From IMG/VR virus record IMGVR_UViG_3300035704_000001, positions 86,823 to 150,822 of that record: a DNA stretch of 64,000 bases; one strand, written 5' to 3'. The notes under the pieces are model-generated. The model was not told where the DNA came from. It made no database searches and saw only the letters and a list, made by a program, of their open reading frames with translations. Positions 8,385 to 15,618 of the stretch are shown piece after piece. The position numbers and the translations under genes are program-made. Every line of letters begins with the position of its first letter. The stretch's first letter is position 1. This DNA is from a virus.

Positions 8385-8457
8385 GCCGGGGTAGCTCAAA
8401 TGGCAGAGCAGGCGTCTCGTAAACGTCAGGTTGAGGGTTCGATCCCGTCCTCCGGCT
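8385..8457 (+). tRNA. tRNA-Thr(CGT)
   Basis: GCCGGGG acceptor, loop CTCGTAA. Confidence 0.92.
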
Positions 8458-8465
8458 CGATACAC

Positions 8466-8551
8466 GTCCGCGTGGCGGAATAGGCATACGCGCAGCCTTG
8501 AGGTGGCTGTGCTCCTAGCGGAGCGTGAGAGTTCAAGTCTCTCCGCGGACA
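8466..8551 (+). tRNA. tRNA-Leu(GAG)
   Basis: loop TTGAGGT, long variable arm. Confidence 0.93.
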
Positions 8552-8556
8552 CACGG

Positions 8557-8629
8557 TGGGGGTTAGCTCAATAGGCCGAGCAGCGGTCCTTGGTACCGCG
8601 GGATCGGGGTTCGAGTCCCTGGCCCCCAG
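8557..8629 (+). tRNA. tRNA-Gln(TTG), C33 variant
   Basis: TGGGGGT acceptor, loop CCTTGGT. Confidence 0.85.
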
Positions 8630-8875
8630 CAGAATCAATCGCGGGCTGCGTGTCAGGAATCGTCAGGCCGGCGACAGATAGCTAGTAGGACCTGCCCTTC
8701 GGACCGGCGTCCGCGTGTCTTCGGTAAGGACGCGCCGCCCGGATCGGCACCGGGGAAGGGCTCAAGAGGGGGCGGCGCGTTCCGGCCTTCTGCCTCGTGC
8801 GGACGAGACTGGTCTCTCCCCGTGCAGGTTGTCTCTGGTGGTGGTTAGGCCAGCACCGCCGGACAGGGGCGCAAT

Positions 8876-8949
8876 GCGGACGTGGCTCAGTCGGTTACGG
8901 CGCCACGTTGCCAACGTGGAGATCGCGAGTTCGAATCTCGCCGTCCGCA
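8876..8949 (+). tRNA. tRNA-Gly(GCC)
   Basis: GCGGACG acceptor, loop TTGCCAA. Confidence 0.92.
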
Positions 8950-8951
8950 CT

Positions 8952-9005
8952 CAGGGATGAAACAGCAGCGGGCTGTAAAGCCGGTTCGACTCCGGTGATC
9001 CCTGT
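8952..9005 (+). ncRNA. D-armless tRNA-like element
   Basis: CAGGGAT/ATCCCTG stem, ACAGC-agcgg-GCTGT hairpin, T arm GCCGG-TTCGACT-CCGGT. Confidence 0.45.
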
Positions 9006-9009
9006 TCGA

Positions 9010-9092
9010 GCGCTCGTGGCGAAACGGCATACGCGCACGGTTCAGGTCCGTGTGCCCGCGAGGGCGTAAGGGTTCAAATCCCTTCGAGCGCA
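9010..9092 (+). tRNA. tRNA-Leu(CAG)
   Basis: loop TTCAGGT, long variable arm. Confidence 0.93.
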
Positions 9093-9153
9093 CGACATCC
9101 TGGCCGCTTCGACGGCCAGGACGCGGGCCCTGGCTCTGGCCAGGGCCCAGCAC

Positions 9154-9240
9154 GGAGGGCTGGCTCAGCGGCTACAGCGGCGCCCTGCTAAGGCGCAGGG
9201 GCTCCGGCCCTCACGGGTTCGAGTCCCGTGCCCTCCTCCA
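9154..9240 (+). tRNA. tRNA-Ser(GCT)
   Basis: loop CTGCTAA, long variable arm, encoded CCA. Confidence 0.9.
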
Positions 9241-9241
9241 C

Positions 9242-9303
9242 GGGCTGTATGACACCGGCCGTGCCTGCCGGCAAAGGCGGGTTCGCCTCCCGTACGGTCC
9301 ACC
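9242..9303 (+). ncRNA. D-armless tRNA-Ala-like element
   Basis: GGGCTGT/ACGGTCC acceptor with G3-U70 and A73; CCGGC-cgTGCct-GCCGG arm; GCGGG-TTCGCCT-CCCGT T arm. Confidence 0.5.
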
Positions 9304-9305
9304 CT

Positions 9306-9392
9306 GGAGGGTTCGCCTAGTGGCCTATGGCGCACGCCTGGAAAGCGTGTTGGGTGGCGACACCCTCGCGGGTTCGACTCCCGCACCCTCCT
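9306..9392 (+). tRNA. tRNA-Ser(GGA)
   Basis: loop CTGGAAA, long variable arm. Confidence 0.93.
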
Positions 9393-9467
9393 CTGGTCTC
9401 GTTCGTGACTCCGTATTAGGGGTGTGTTACCGTCACGATACGGTCCGTCACGGAAAGGGAGTTCATC

Positions 9468-9593
9468 ATGCGTCGCAGGTTTATCGCCGGGATCATTCTC
9501 CTGGGTGCACTGCTCGGAGGAGCAGCCGCTACCGGAGGGGCTGCTTCCGCAGCCGCTCATTCAGCTCCCGGAACGGTCTATTACCACGGCTGA
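9468..9593 (+). CDS. 41-aa secreted peptide precursor (not in ORF track)
   Basis: GAAAGGGAG SD; MRRRFIAGIILLGALLGGAAATGGAASAAAHSAPGTVYYHG = signal peptide + short C-terminal peptide. Confidence 0.7.
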   Translation: MRRRFIAGIILLGALLGGAAATGGAASAAAHSAPGTVYYHG

Positions 9594-9604
9594 GCTGAAT
9601 TGAC

Positions 9605-9670
9605 CAGGCAGACCCGGGTGTCTTCGAGACGGGGTACCCCGTCAGGCGCACACCGGGTCTGCCTGCTTTC
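9605..9670 (+). terminator. strong hairpin downstream of peptide gene
   Basis: CAGGCAGACCCGG...CCGGGTCTGCCTG followed by ctttc. Confidence 0.5.
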
Positions 9671-9672
9671 CT

Positions 9673-9758
9673 GGGGGGTTCGCCTAGTGGCCTATGGCGC
9701 CGGTCCCGAAAACCGAAGGGGGAAACCCCCGTGGGTTCGAATCCCACACCCCCCTCCA
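9673..9758 (+). tRNA. tRNA-Ser(CGA), C33 variant
   Basis: loop CCCGAAA, variable arm, encoded CCA. Confidence 0.87.
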
Positions 9759-9759
9759 A

Positions 9760-9837
9760 GGGCAGGCAGCATCGACAGGTTCGAGCGCTCGTCTGATAAA
9801 CGAGAGGGTGGAGGTTCAAATCCTCCCCTGCCCACCA
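9760..9837 (+). tRNA. tRNA-Ile(GAT)
   Basis: loop CTGATAA, encoded CCA; irregular D arm. Confidence 0.85.
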
Positions 9838-9838
9838 C

Positions 9839-9913
9839 GGCGGTATAGCTCAGCTGGTCAGAGCGCCCCACTCATAATGGGAGAGGCCGCTGGTTCGAGT
9901 CCAGCTACCGCCA
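9839..9913 (+). tRNA. tRNA-Met(CAT), elongator type
   Basis: GGCGGTA acceptor, loop CTCATAA. Confidence 0.9.
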
Positions 9914-9917
9914 CTCC

Positions 9918-9992
9918 GGGCTGTTAACTCAGTGGCAGAGTCTTCGACTTTTAATCGAGTGGTCCGGGGTTCGATCCCCCGACAGCCCACCA
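9918..9992 (+). tRNA. tRNA-Lys(TTT)
   Basis: loop CTTTTAA, encoded CCA. Confidence 0.92.
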
Positions 9993-9993
9993 G

Positions 9994-10067
9994 GCGCCCG
10001 TAGCTCAGCCGGACAGAGCTGCTGCCTTCTAAGCAGCGGGCCGCGGGTTCGAATCCTGCCGGGCGCG
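9994..10067 (+). tRNA. tRNA-Arg(TCT)
   Basis: GCGCCCG acceptor, loop CTTCTAA. Confidence 0.95.
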
Positions 10068-10152
10068 CTAGCTGAGTGGTAATAATGGATGTGCCGGGCC
10101 TGGATGTGTGGGTTCCCTCCGGGGCTTCTCGCTTCCCGGGTCCGGTCTGTAT

Positions 10153-10227
10153 CGTCCCGTGGAGCAGCCAGGAGTGTTCGCCGCTCTCTCAAAGCGGAGG
10201 TCGAGGGTTCAAATCCCTTCGGGACGA
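10153..10227 (+). tRNA. tRNA-Glu(CTC)
   Basis: loop CTCTCAA. Confidence 0.9.
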
Positions 10228-10291
10228 CATCACGGGCTAGTTCCCGGCCAATGTGCCGGGGAGCCGAGGCCGGCGGTCCCACCGGCCATCA

Positions 10292-10365
10292 GGCCCCATG
10301 GAGCTAAAAGAGCAGGCCACCGCCCTTTCAAGGCGGGGGTGCGGGTTCGAGTCCCGCTGGGGCTG
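10292..10365 (+). tRNA. tRNA-Glu(TTC)
   Basis: GGCCCCA acceptor, loop CTTTCAA; irregular D arm. Confidence 0.82.
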
Positions 10366-10366
10366 C

Positions 10367-10442
10367 TGCGGAGGGGGTTCGGTCACCCGACTAGGCCTCA
10401 TAAGCCTGGGGACGCAGGTTCAAATCCTTGCCTCCGCTACCA
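10367..10442 (+). tRNA. tRNA-fMet-like (CAT)
   Basis: unpaired 1-72 position, loop CTCATAA, encoded CCA; degenerate D arm. Confidence 0.75.
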
Positions 10443-10443
10443 A

Positions 10444-10515
10444 TCCGGTATCCGTTAATCGGTAAACGAGCTGACCGTTAATCAGCCCCTCTTGGTTCGA
10501 GTCCAAGTACCGGAG
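10444..10515 (+). tRNA. tRNA-Asn(GTT), C33 variant
   Basis: TCCGGTA acceptor, loop CCGTTAA. Confidence 0.85.
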
Positions 10516-10529
10516 CGCAGGTAAATCAG

Positions 10530-10604
10530 GAGCCAGTGGAGCAGCTTGGAGTGCTCGTCTCCCCGTCAAGGAGAAGACCGCGGGTTCAAATCCCGTCTGG
10601 CCCG
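10530..10604 (+). tRNA. tRNA-Asp(GTC), C33 variant
   Basis: loop CCGTCAA, Asp-type D arm GGAGCAGCTTGGAGTGCTC. Confidence 0.87.
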
Positions 10605-10605
10605 C

Positions 10606-10798
10606 TCAGAACAGCCCGTGGCCGCCGGCCTTGGCCCGGCGCATCCGCTCGCGGCTCTCGTAGCTGCCGAGCTGGTTGAAGCCCCAGACCCGGCCCATGC
10701 GCATCCCGATGGTCAGCGCGATGACGGCAATGATGATCGCGCCGACCGGGCCGAACAGGGCCCAGGCGACGATGAGGAGGAGAACTCCGAGCAGCACG
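10606..10798 (-). CDS. small membrane protein inside tRNA array (start uncertain)
   Basis: VLLGVLLLIVAWALFGPVGAIIIAVIALTIG hydrophobic hairpin in ORF 10606..10890. Confidence 0.4.
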
Positions 10799-10833
10799 TC
10801 ATTGACGGTACATAACTGATAGCAGTTTGACCA

Positions 10834-10905
10834 GGGCGGGTGGCGCAGCGGGAGCGCGCTTCCCCGACAAGGAAGAGGCCGCCAGTTCAATCCTGGCCCC
10901 GCCCA
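10834..10905 (+). tRNA. tRNA-Val(GAC), C33 variant
   Basis: loop CCGACAA. Confidence 0.87.
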
Positions 10906-10951
10906 CGCTTGACACCAGCAGTAGTCAGTAGGTTACTGTTGGCGAGTTCAA

Positions 10952-11024
10952 GCGCTCCTAGCTCAGCGGATAGAGCGGCCGACTACGGATCGGCAGGTGC
11001 GGGGTTCGAGTCCCTGGGAGCGCG
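10952..11024 (+). tRNA. tRNA-Arg(ACG)
   Basis: loop CTACGGA. Confidence 0.93.
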
Positions 11025-11088
11025 CGAGACCCCGGTCCTGCAACGGCGCAAGCCGGCCGGCAGATCCGGCGCCGGGGTCCGTCTTTCA

Positions 11089-11128
11089 GGGCGCATAGCT
11101 CAGCAGGAGAGCGGCTGGTACAGTGCCA
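11089..11128 (+). pseudogene. 5' half of a tRNA (remnant) directly upstream of endonuclease gene
   Basis: GGGCGCA-TA-GCTC-AGCAGGA-GAGC acceptor 5' strand and D arm, no T arm follows. Confidence 0.55.
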
Positions 11129-11149
11129 ACAGGTCTGTATGCTGGGATA

Positions 11150-11560
11150 GTGAACGGTAATACGAATAGCAACAGCGTCGGTGCTCGAACCGAGGGCATG
11201 ATCATGGCGGCGTTGCTTCGTGCAGGTAAGACTGTCCTTACCCCGTTCGGGGTCCAGCGCTATGACCTGGTATTCGAGGATGAATCAGGATTCCACCGGG
11301 TTCAGTGCAAGACAGGCCGTCTAAAGGACGGGGCTATAGTGTTCGAGACCTGCAGCCGCCACAGTAGAACACTTCAGCGAACCTCATACCACGGGCACGC
11401 GGACTTCTTCGGCGTGTACTACCCGGGAGGGGATGCTTGTTACTTGATACCGATCGAATTGGTGGGTCAGACGCAGGGCAGTATCCGGATCGTGCAGACG
11501 AAGAACAGCCAGGCCAAAGGCGTCTTGAACGCCGAGCAATTTGTAATAATGTCCAGTTAG
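11150..11560 (+). CDS. PD-(D/E)XK homing-type endonuclease (I-Ssp6803I-like family)
   Basis: PFG..RYDLVFE...RVQCKTGR...DFFGVY...YLIP; lower GC than flanks; TATGCT -10 then GTG 11150. Confidence 0.85.
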   Translation: MNGNTNSNSVGARTEGMIMAALLRAGKTVLTPFGVQRYDLVFEDESGFHRVQCKTGRLKDGAIVFETCSRHSRTLQRTSYHGHADFFGVYYPGGDACYLIPIELVGQTQGSIRIVQTKNSQAKGVLNAEQFVIMSS

Positions 11561-11625
11561 CTCAGCGGGAGAGCGCTGCCCCCACACGGCAGGCGTCGGG
11601 AGTTCGACCCTCTCACTGGACACCA
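11551..11625 (+). tRNA. tRNA-Val(CAC), C33 variant
   Basis: loop CCCACAC, encoded CCA; overlaps endonuclease stop. Confidence 0.87.
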
Positions 11626-11626
11626 T

Positions 11627-11699
11627 GGTGGTTGTAGCTCAAGGTAGAGCCCGGGGTTGTGAGCCCCGGAGGTGCGGGTCGTACCCGTCAATCACCCCA
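11627..11699 (+). tRNA. tRNA-His(GTG)
   Basis: G-1, loop TTGTGAG, C73, encoded CCA; atypical T-loop. Confidence 0.85.
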
Positions 11700-11700
11700 A

Positions 11701-11781
11701 GGCGGAGTAACCCTAGAGGCAAGGGAGCGGCCTGTAAAGCCGTGGTCTTCGATACGGCAGGTTCGATTCCTGCGTCCGCCA
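11701..11781 (+). tRNA. tRNA-Tyr(GTA)
   Basis: loop CTGTAAA, variable arm. Confidence 0.88.
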
Positions 11782-11821
11782 CTGCACAGCGATCTACCGG
11801 AGTTCTTCCGGGGATCTACCA

Positions 11822-11893
11822 GCGCCCGTAGCTCAGGGGATAGAGCTGCGGCCTCCGGAGCCGTGAGCGGGAGTTCGAATCTCTCCGGGCGCG
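11822..11893 (+). tRNA. tRNA-Arg(CCG)
   Basis: GCGCCCG acceptor, loop CTCCGGA. Confidence 0.94.
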
Positions 11894-11904
11894 CGTACGA
11901 TAAT

Positions 11905-11979
11905 GGCGGTGTGGCCGAGTGGCCCAGGCGTGCGCCTGCAAAGCGCACTACACGAGTTCGATTCTCGTCTCCGCCTCCA
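11905..11979 (+). tRNA. tRNA-Cys(GCA)
   Basis: loop CTGCAAA, U73, encoded CCA. Confidence 0.93.
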
Positions 11980-12013
11980 ACCAAGAAGGGACTCCCCGAA
12001 GGGAGTCCCTTGA

Positions 12014-12086
12014 TGGCCCGTGGTCCAGCGGACACGGATAGCTGCCTCCTAAGCGGCGGACGCGGGTTCGAATCCCGCCGGGCCAG
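12014..12086 (+). tRNA. tRNA-Arg(CCT)
   Basis: loop CTCCTAA. Confidence 0.88.
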
Positions 12087-12111
12087 CCCAGGTGCTCACG
12101 CTGCGGCAGTA

Positions 12112-12471
12112 TCAGTTGCCCGGAACCGTGAAGACCTCATCCGCGGCCGCGCCCGGGTTGACGGTGACGCTGACCGGGGCCGGGTCGGAGATCGGCGTGG
12201 CGCCGTCCGGGCCGAGCAGCGGGGAGCCGTCGGAGGCGGTGGCGTGCACGCTCAGCTGCGCAGTGCCCTCGGCCACCTCGGTGAGCGGGAACTGCAGGGT
12301 GCCCACGCCGTTGGCGTCGGAGGCCGCGGTGGCGTCGCCGACGTTCAGGATGCTGGTGTCGCTGGACGAGGCTACCGCGGTCGCGCCGTCCGGCGGCGGA
12401 ACGGCGTCTCCGTGGTCGTCGGTGAATGACAGGACGGCTACCGCGTTGGCGGAGTCGACGGTCAGAGGCAT
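12112..12471 (-). CDS. hypothetical beta-rich (Ig-like) protein; may start at 12663
   Basis: AAGGGAG SD before ATG 12471; alternating V/T/S strands, ASSSDTSILNV. Confidence 0.55.
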   Translation of the reverse strand: MPLTVDSANAVAVLSFTDDHGDAVPPPDGATAVASSSDTSILNVGDATAASDANGVGTLQFPLTEVAEGTAQLSVHATASDGSPLLGPDGATPISDPAPVSVTVNPGAAADEVFTVPGN

Positions 12472-12872
12472 GAGGTCTCCCTTGATCTTGAGGTGCATGT
12501 GCGCCGGTGCCGTGGACCCGGTGAGAGCCGGGACCAGCTGCCTGGCATAATCGGCCAGCCTCTGGGGCGTCAGATCCCAGTGGCCGGTGTGGACGCGGGC
12601 CGCCGCGGCGAGCGCTGCGATCCGCATCTGGTCTCTGCGCTGCCTGTCCAGGCTGTCAGTCACCCGGGACAGCTTAGCCAGCTGGCCAGCTGGCCGGCAG
12701 CTGATTCGCTCACCTGGCCGCGGTTACTGGACGTACTGGTGGGGTTGCGCTACGCTGACCGTGCCAAGGGGATGCCGACGCATCTCTGGGGCGGCCGGTC
12801 CCGGGCTCGTTCATCGACAAGTCATCCGCATGAGGGCCGGCCGCCCCGGGCACGGGCTCCGATATCACCGGC

Positions 12873-13130
12873 ATGAAGCTGAGCGGCCGCTGGGACCAGG
12901 AGCTGGCGCAGTTCGGGAACGCCCCCGGGCTCAACCAGGGCGACGTCACCATCGAGCTGGCCATCGCGGTGGAGGGCAAGAACGCCTACACCGTGGACAG
13001 CGACGACGTGACTTTCGGGGCCGAGTCCGGCAACGTCGTCGGGCTGACCCTGCTGCTGGCGGACAAGCGCCACCTGTTCATCCCCTGGTCCAACGTGACC
13101 GGCATCGTGGACGCCATCGAGCATCCGTAG
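12873..13130 (+). CDS. hypothetical protein
   Basis: 85-aa ORF preceded by CGAT-N9 motif. Confidence 0.6.
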   Translation: MKLSGRWDQELAQFGNAPGLNQGDVTIELAIAVEGKNAYTVDSDDVTFGAESGNVVGLTLLLADKRHLFIPWSNVTGIVDAIEHP

Positions 13131-13138
13131 TACCGGGT

Positions 13139-13660
13139 GTGAGATCAGCCTCCCACCGCTTCAGCAACGAGCTGCGGTACCGCAGGGACCTCGACGACGG
13201 CCAGGCCCAGCTCACGCCGTCCTACGTGCTCGACGCGGTGCGCGCCGCGCTGGGCGGGACGATCGGGCTGGACCCCTGCACCGAGCCGGGTAACCCGGCC
13301 GGGGCGGAGCGGTTCTACTGCCCGCCGGCTGACGGGGCCTGCGAGCCCTGGGACGCGGACTCGATCTTCGTCAACCCGCCGTACAGCCGGGCTCGCGAGC
13401 CGTGGGTGCGCCGGTGCATGCAGGCCGGGCTGGCCGGCAGCAAGGTGGTGCTGCTCATCCCGGCGGCCACCGACACCCGCATCTTCCAGGATGCCCTGTC
13501 CACCGCGAGCGAGGTGCTGTTCCTGCGCGGCCGGGTCAAGTTCGGCATCCCGCGCGCCAACGGCCGCCAGGCCGCGGCCAGCCACCCGTCTGCGCTGATC
13601 GGCTGGGGCGCTGACCTGGAGCTGGCCCGGCCGCTGGGCTACCTGCTCAAGACGAGGTAG
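13139..13660 (+). CDS. phage DNA N6-adenine methyltransferase (Dam-like)
   Basis: GLDPC motif I, IFVNPPYS motif IV, LLIPAATDT, FLRGRVKF. Confidence 0.85.
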   Translation: MRSASHRFSNELRYRRDLDDGQAQLTPSYVLDAVRAALGGTIGLDPCTEPGNPAGAERFYCPPADGACEPWDADSIFVNPPYSRAREPWVRRCMQAGLAGSKVVLLIPAATDTRIFQDALSTASEVLFLRGRVKFGIPRANGRQAAASHPSALIGWGADLELARPLGYLLKTR

Positions 13661-13680
13661 CGCAGGACGATTCTCCCGGG

Positions 13681-15318
13681 GTGACCACACCCGGAGGCGG
13701 GCAGGGCGTCCCGTACACCTCCAGCGTCCAGCCGCCGGGCGGCATGGGCGTGACGAGCCAGGGCTTCGGGCAGGAGGGCTATCTCCTGGCGCAGGACCAG
13801 GAGCTGCCCAAGCCGCCGCCGGAGGCGCTGGACTTCGCGGTCGGCGTCCCGTACTTCCTCCCGTTCAGCGTCCCGTACCGGGACAGCTGGGAGGTGTTCC
13901 GCGATGACCCGATCTCGGTCCGCCAGCTGGTCACCATGCGCCGCCGCGATGGCCAGGCCCGGGCGCTGTACCGGCTGCTGACCAAGCCGCTGCTGGCCGC
14001 GATGGCCAACGCCGACGTGGTGCCGGCCGACGGCGTGGAAGGCGGGCTGGAGGAGGCCAGGTTCTGCAAGGAGCTGTTGTTCGCGCCCAAGCAGATGGGC
14101 GGGATGACCCACTCGTTCAGCCGGTTCCTCAAGCAGATGCTGCTGGCATTGTTCAATGGCTTCTCCGCGTGGGAAATGGTCTACCACGTCCCGACCAAGG
14201 GGCCGAATAAGGGCAAGATCACCCTGCGGAAGATGGACTGGCGCCCGGCCGAGACGCTGACATTCCTGCTGGACGGCCAGGGGGAATTCAACGGCTTCCG
14301 GCAAAGGACCTTCTTTCAGGGGAGGACCATTGATGTCAAGATCCCCCGGGAGACCGCGCTCTATTACGCGCACGAGGAGGCCGAGCGGCCTTTCTATGGC
14401 GTGTCCATGTTCGAGTCGGCCTTCTATCACTACGACAAGAAGGAGAAGCTGTACTACATTGCCCACCTGGCGGCGCAGCGGGCTGCCTGCGGCCTGCGGG
14501 TGGGCACCATGGTGCCGAACGCCCCGGCCGAGGACAAGAACAACTTCGTCAAGGCGCTGAGCCAGCTGGGCCTCGCCCAGTGGATCGCGCTGCCCACCGC
14601 GGACTGGACCGTCGAGACGCTGAACGAGTCGGCGAGCCGCTTCGACTTCCTGGGCCTGATTAACCATCACAATTCGCAGATGTCCAAGTCGGTGCTCGCG
14701 CAGTGGTTCGATGACTCTCAGGGCGGCGGCGGCGGCGACTCCACTCTCGTTGATTTCGGGAAGCAGGATGACGTCACGTTCTTCCTGATGCTGGAAGGCA
14801 TCCTGGAGGAAATGGCCGAGATCATCAACACGCATGTCTTCCCGCGATTCGTGGACTGGAATTTCGGCAGCGAGAAGTACCCCGAATTCAAGTGGGGGCC
14901 GCTCACCGAAGAGGCCAAGGCGGCTATCCAGGACACGTTCGACAAGCTGGCCGCCGCCGGGCAGCAGGCCAACGTCACGCCGGAGTTCATGCTGGAGCTG
15001 GAGGAGCGGCTGGCGCAGGACTTCGGGTTCGCCATCGACTACGACAAGATCAAGGCCCAGCGGGAGAAGCAGCAGCGGCTCATGCAGCAGCAGATGGCCG
15101 CGCAGACCCAGGCGATGCAGCAGCAGCCGCAGCCCGGCGCCGCGGGAGCCGGCGCAGCCGCCGGGCAGCCGCCGGCGCCTCCGCCGCCCGCTCCCTTCCC
15201 GCCCGCCGGGTTCGGCCCGCCGGGCAGTGACGGCCCGCCCGCCAGGCCCGCCGGGGGTCCCGGGCTGGGCGGCGGCCGCGGAGCCGGCCCGCCCGGGCTG
15301 CAGGGGCGCGGATCGTGA
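13681..15318 (+). CDS. portal protein (Mu gp29/DUF935-like)
   Basis: ALFNGFSAWEMVY, PFYGVSMFESAFY, RFVDWNFG..YPEFKW; Gln/Pro-rich tail; position after terL before MuF. Confidence 0.8.
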   Translation: MTTPGGGQGVPYTSSVQPPGGMGVTSQGFGQEGYLLAQDQELPKPPPEALDFAVGVPYFLPFSVPYRDSWEVFRDDPISVRQLVTMRRRDGQARALYRLLTKPLLAAMANADVVPADGVEGGLEEARFCKELLFAPKQMGGMTHSFSRFLKQMLLALFNGFSAWEMVYHVPTKGPNKGKITLRKMDWRPAETLTFLLDGQGEFNGFRQRTFFQGRTIDVKIPRETALYYAHEEAERPFYGVSMFESAFYHYDKKEKLYYIAHLAAQRAACGLRVGTMVPNAPAEDKNNFVKALSQLGLAQWIALPTADWTVETLNESASRFDFLGLINHHNSQMSKSVLAQWFDDSQGGGGGDSTLVDFGKQDDVTFFLMLEGILEEMAEIINTHVFPRFVDWNFGSEKYPEFKWGPLTEEAKAAIQDTFDKLAAAGQQANVTPEFMLELEERLAQDFGFAIDYDKIKAQREKQQRLMQQQMAAQTQAMQQQPQPGAAGAGAAAGQPPAPPPPAPFPPAGFGPPGSDGPPARPAGGPGLGGGRGAGPPGLQGRGS

Positions 15319-15618
15319 GCGCCGGGGATGACCTGATGCGGCTGGCCTCGGACCTGGTGGACGAGATCGCGGCCGCGCGGCTGCTCGCGCTGGCCCAGCA
15401 GGCCAGCGGGGGCGGGGGTAACGTGCAGGCAGCGGGTACCGGCTCTGCCCAGCCCGCCCCGGTCCCCCAGCCGATGCCCCGGCCGCGCCGGGGAGCCGGG
15501 GCGGTGCACCCGCAGCTGGGCTGGCACCTGGTCACGATGCCGGGCGACTCGATCTCCGGCCACGCCTACCGGCACCTGACGCAGCCCCTCGGCCCGCCCC
15601 CGGGCCGATCAGCCGGGG

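Noticed and set aside
8635-9303. Full tmRNA gene
   Set aside because: No matching tmRNA 5' and 3' ends enclosing a tag reading frame could be identified; only D-armless mini elements
11089-11625. Group I intron splitting a tRNA around the endonuclease
   Set aside because: No room for an intron core, and the downstream tRNA-Val(CAC) is complete by itself with no orphan 3' half
6030-12090. Many 60-250 aa ORFs overlapping the tRNA array
   Set aside because: They translate tRNA sequence (recurrent GSNP/VRIP/GFES from T-loops) and are not proteins
6030-12090. Recurring GGTTCGAATCC-like repeats as a CRISPR array
   Set aside because: These are tRNA T arms; no constant repeat-spacer period and no cas genes
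15060-15318. CAG-rich and Pro/Gly-rich low-complexity tract
   Set aside because: Disordered C-terminal tail of the portal protein
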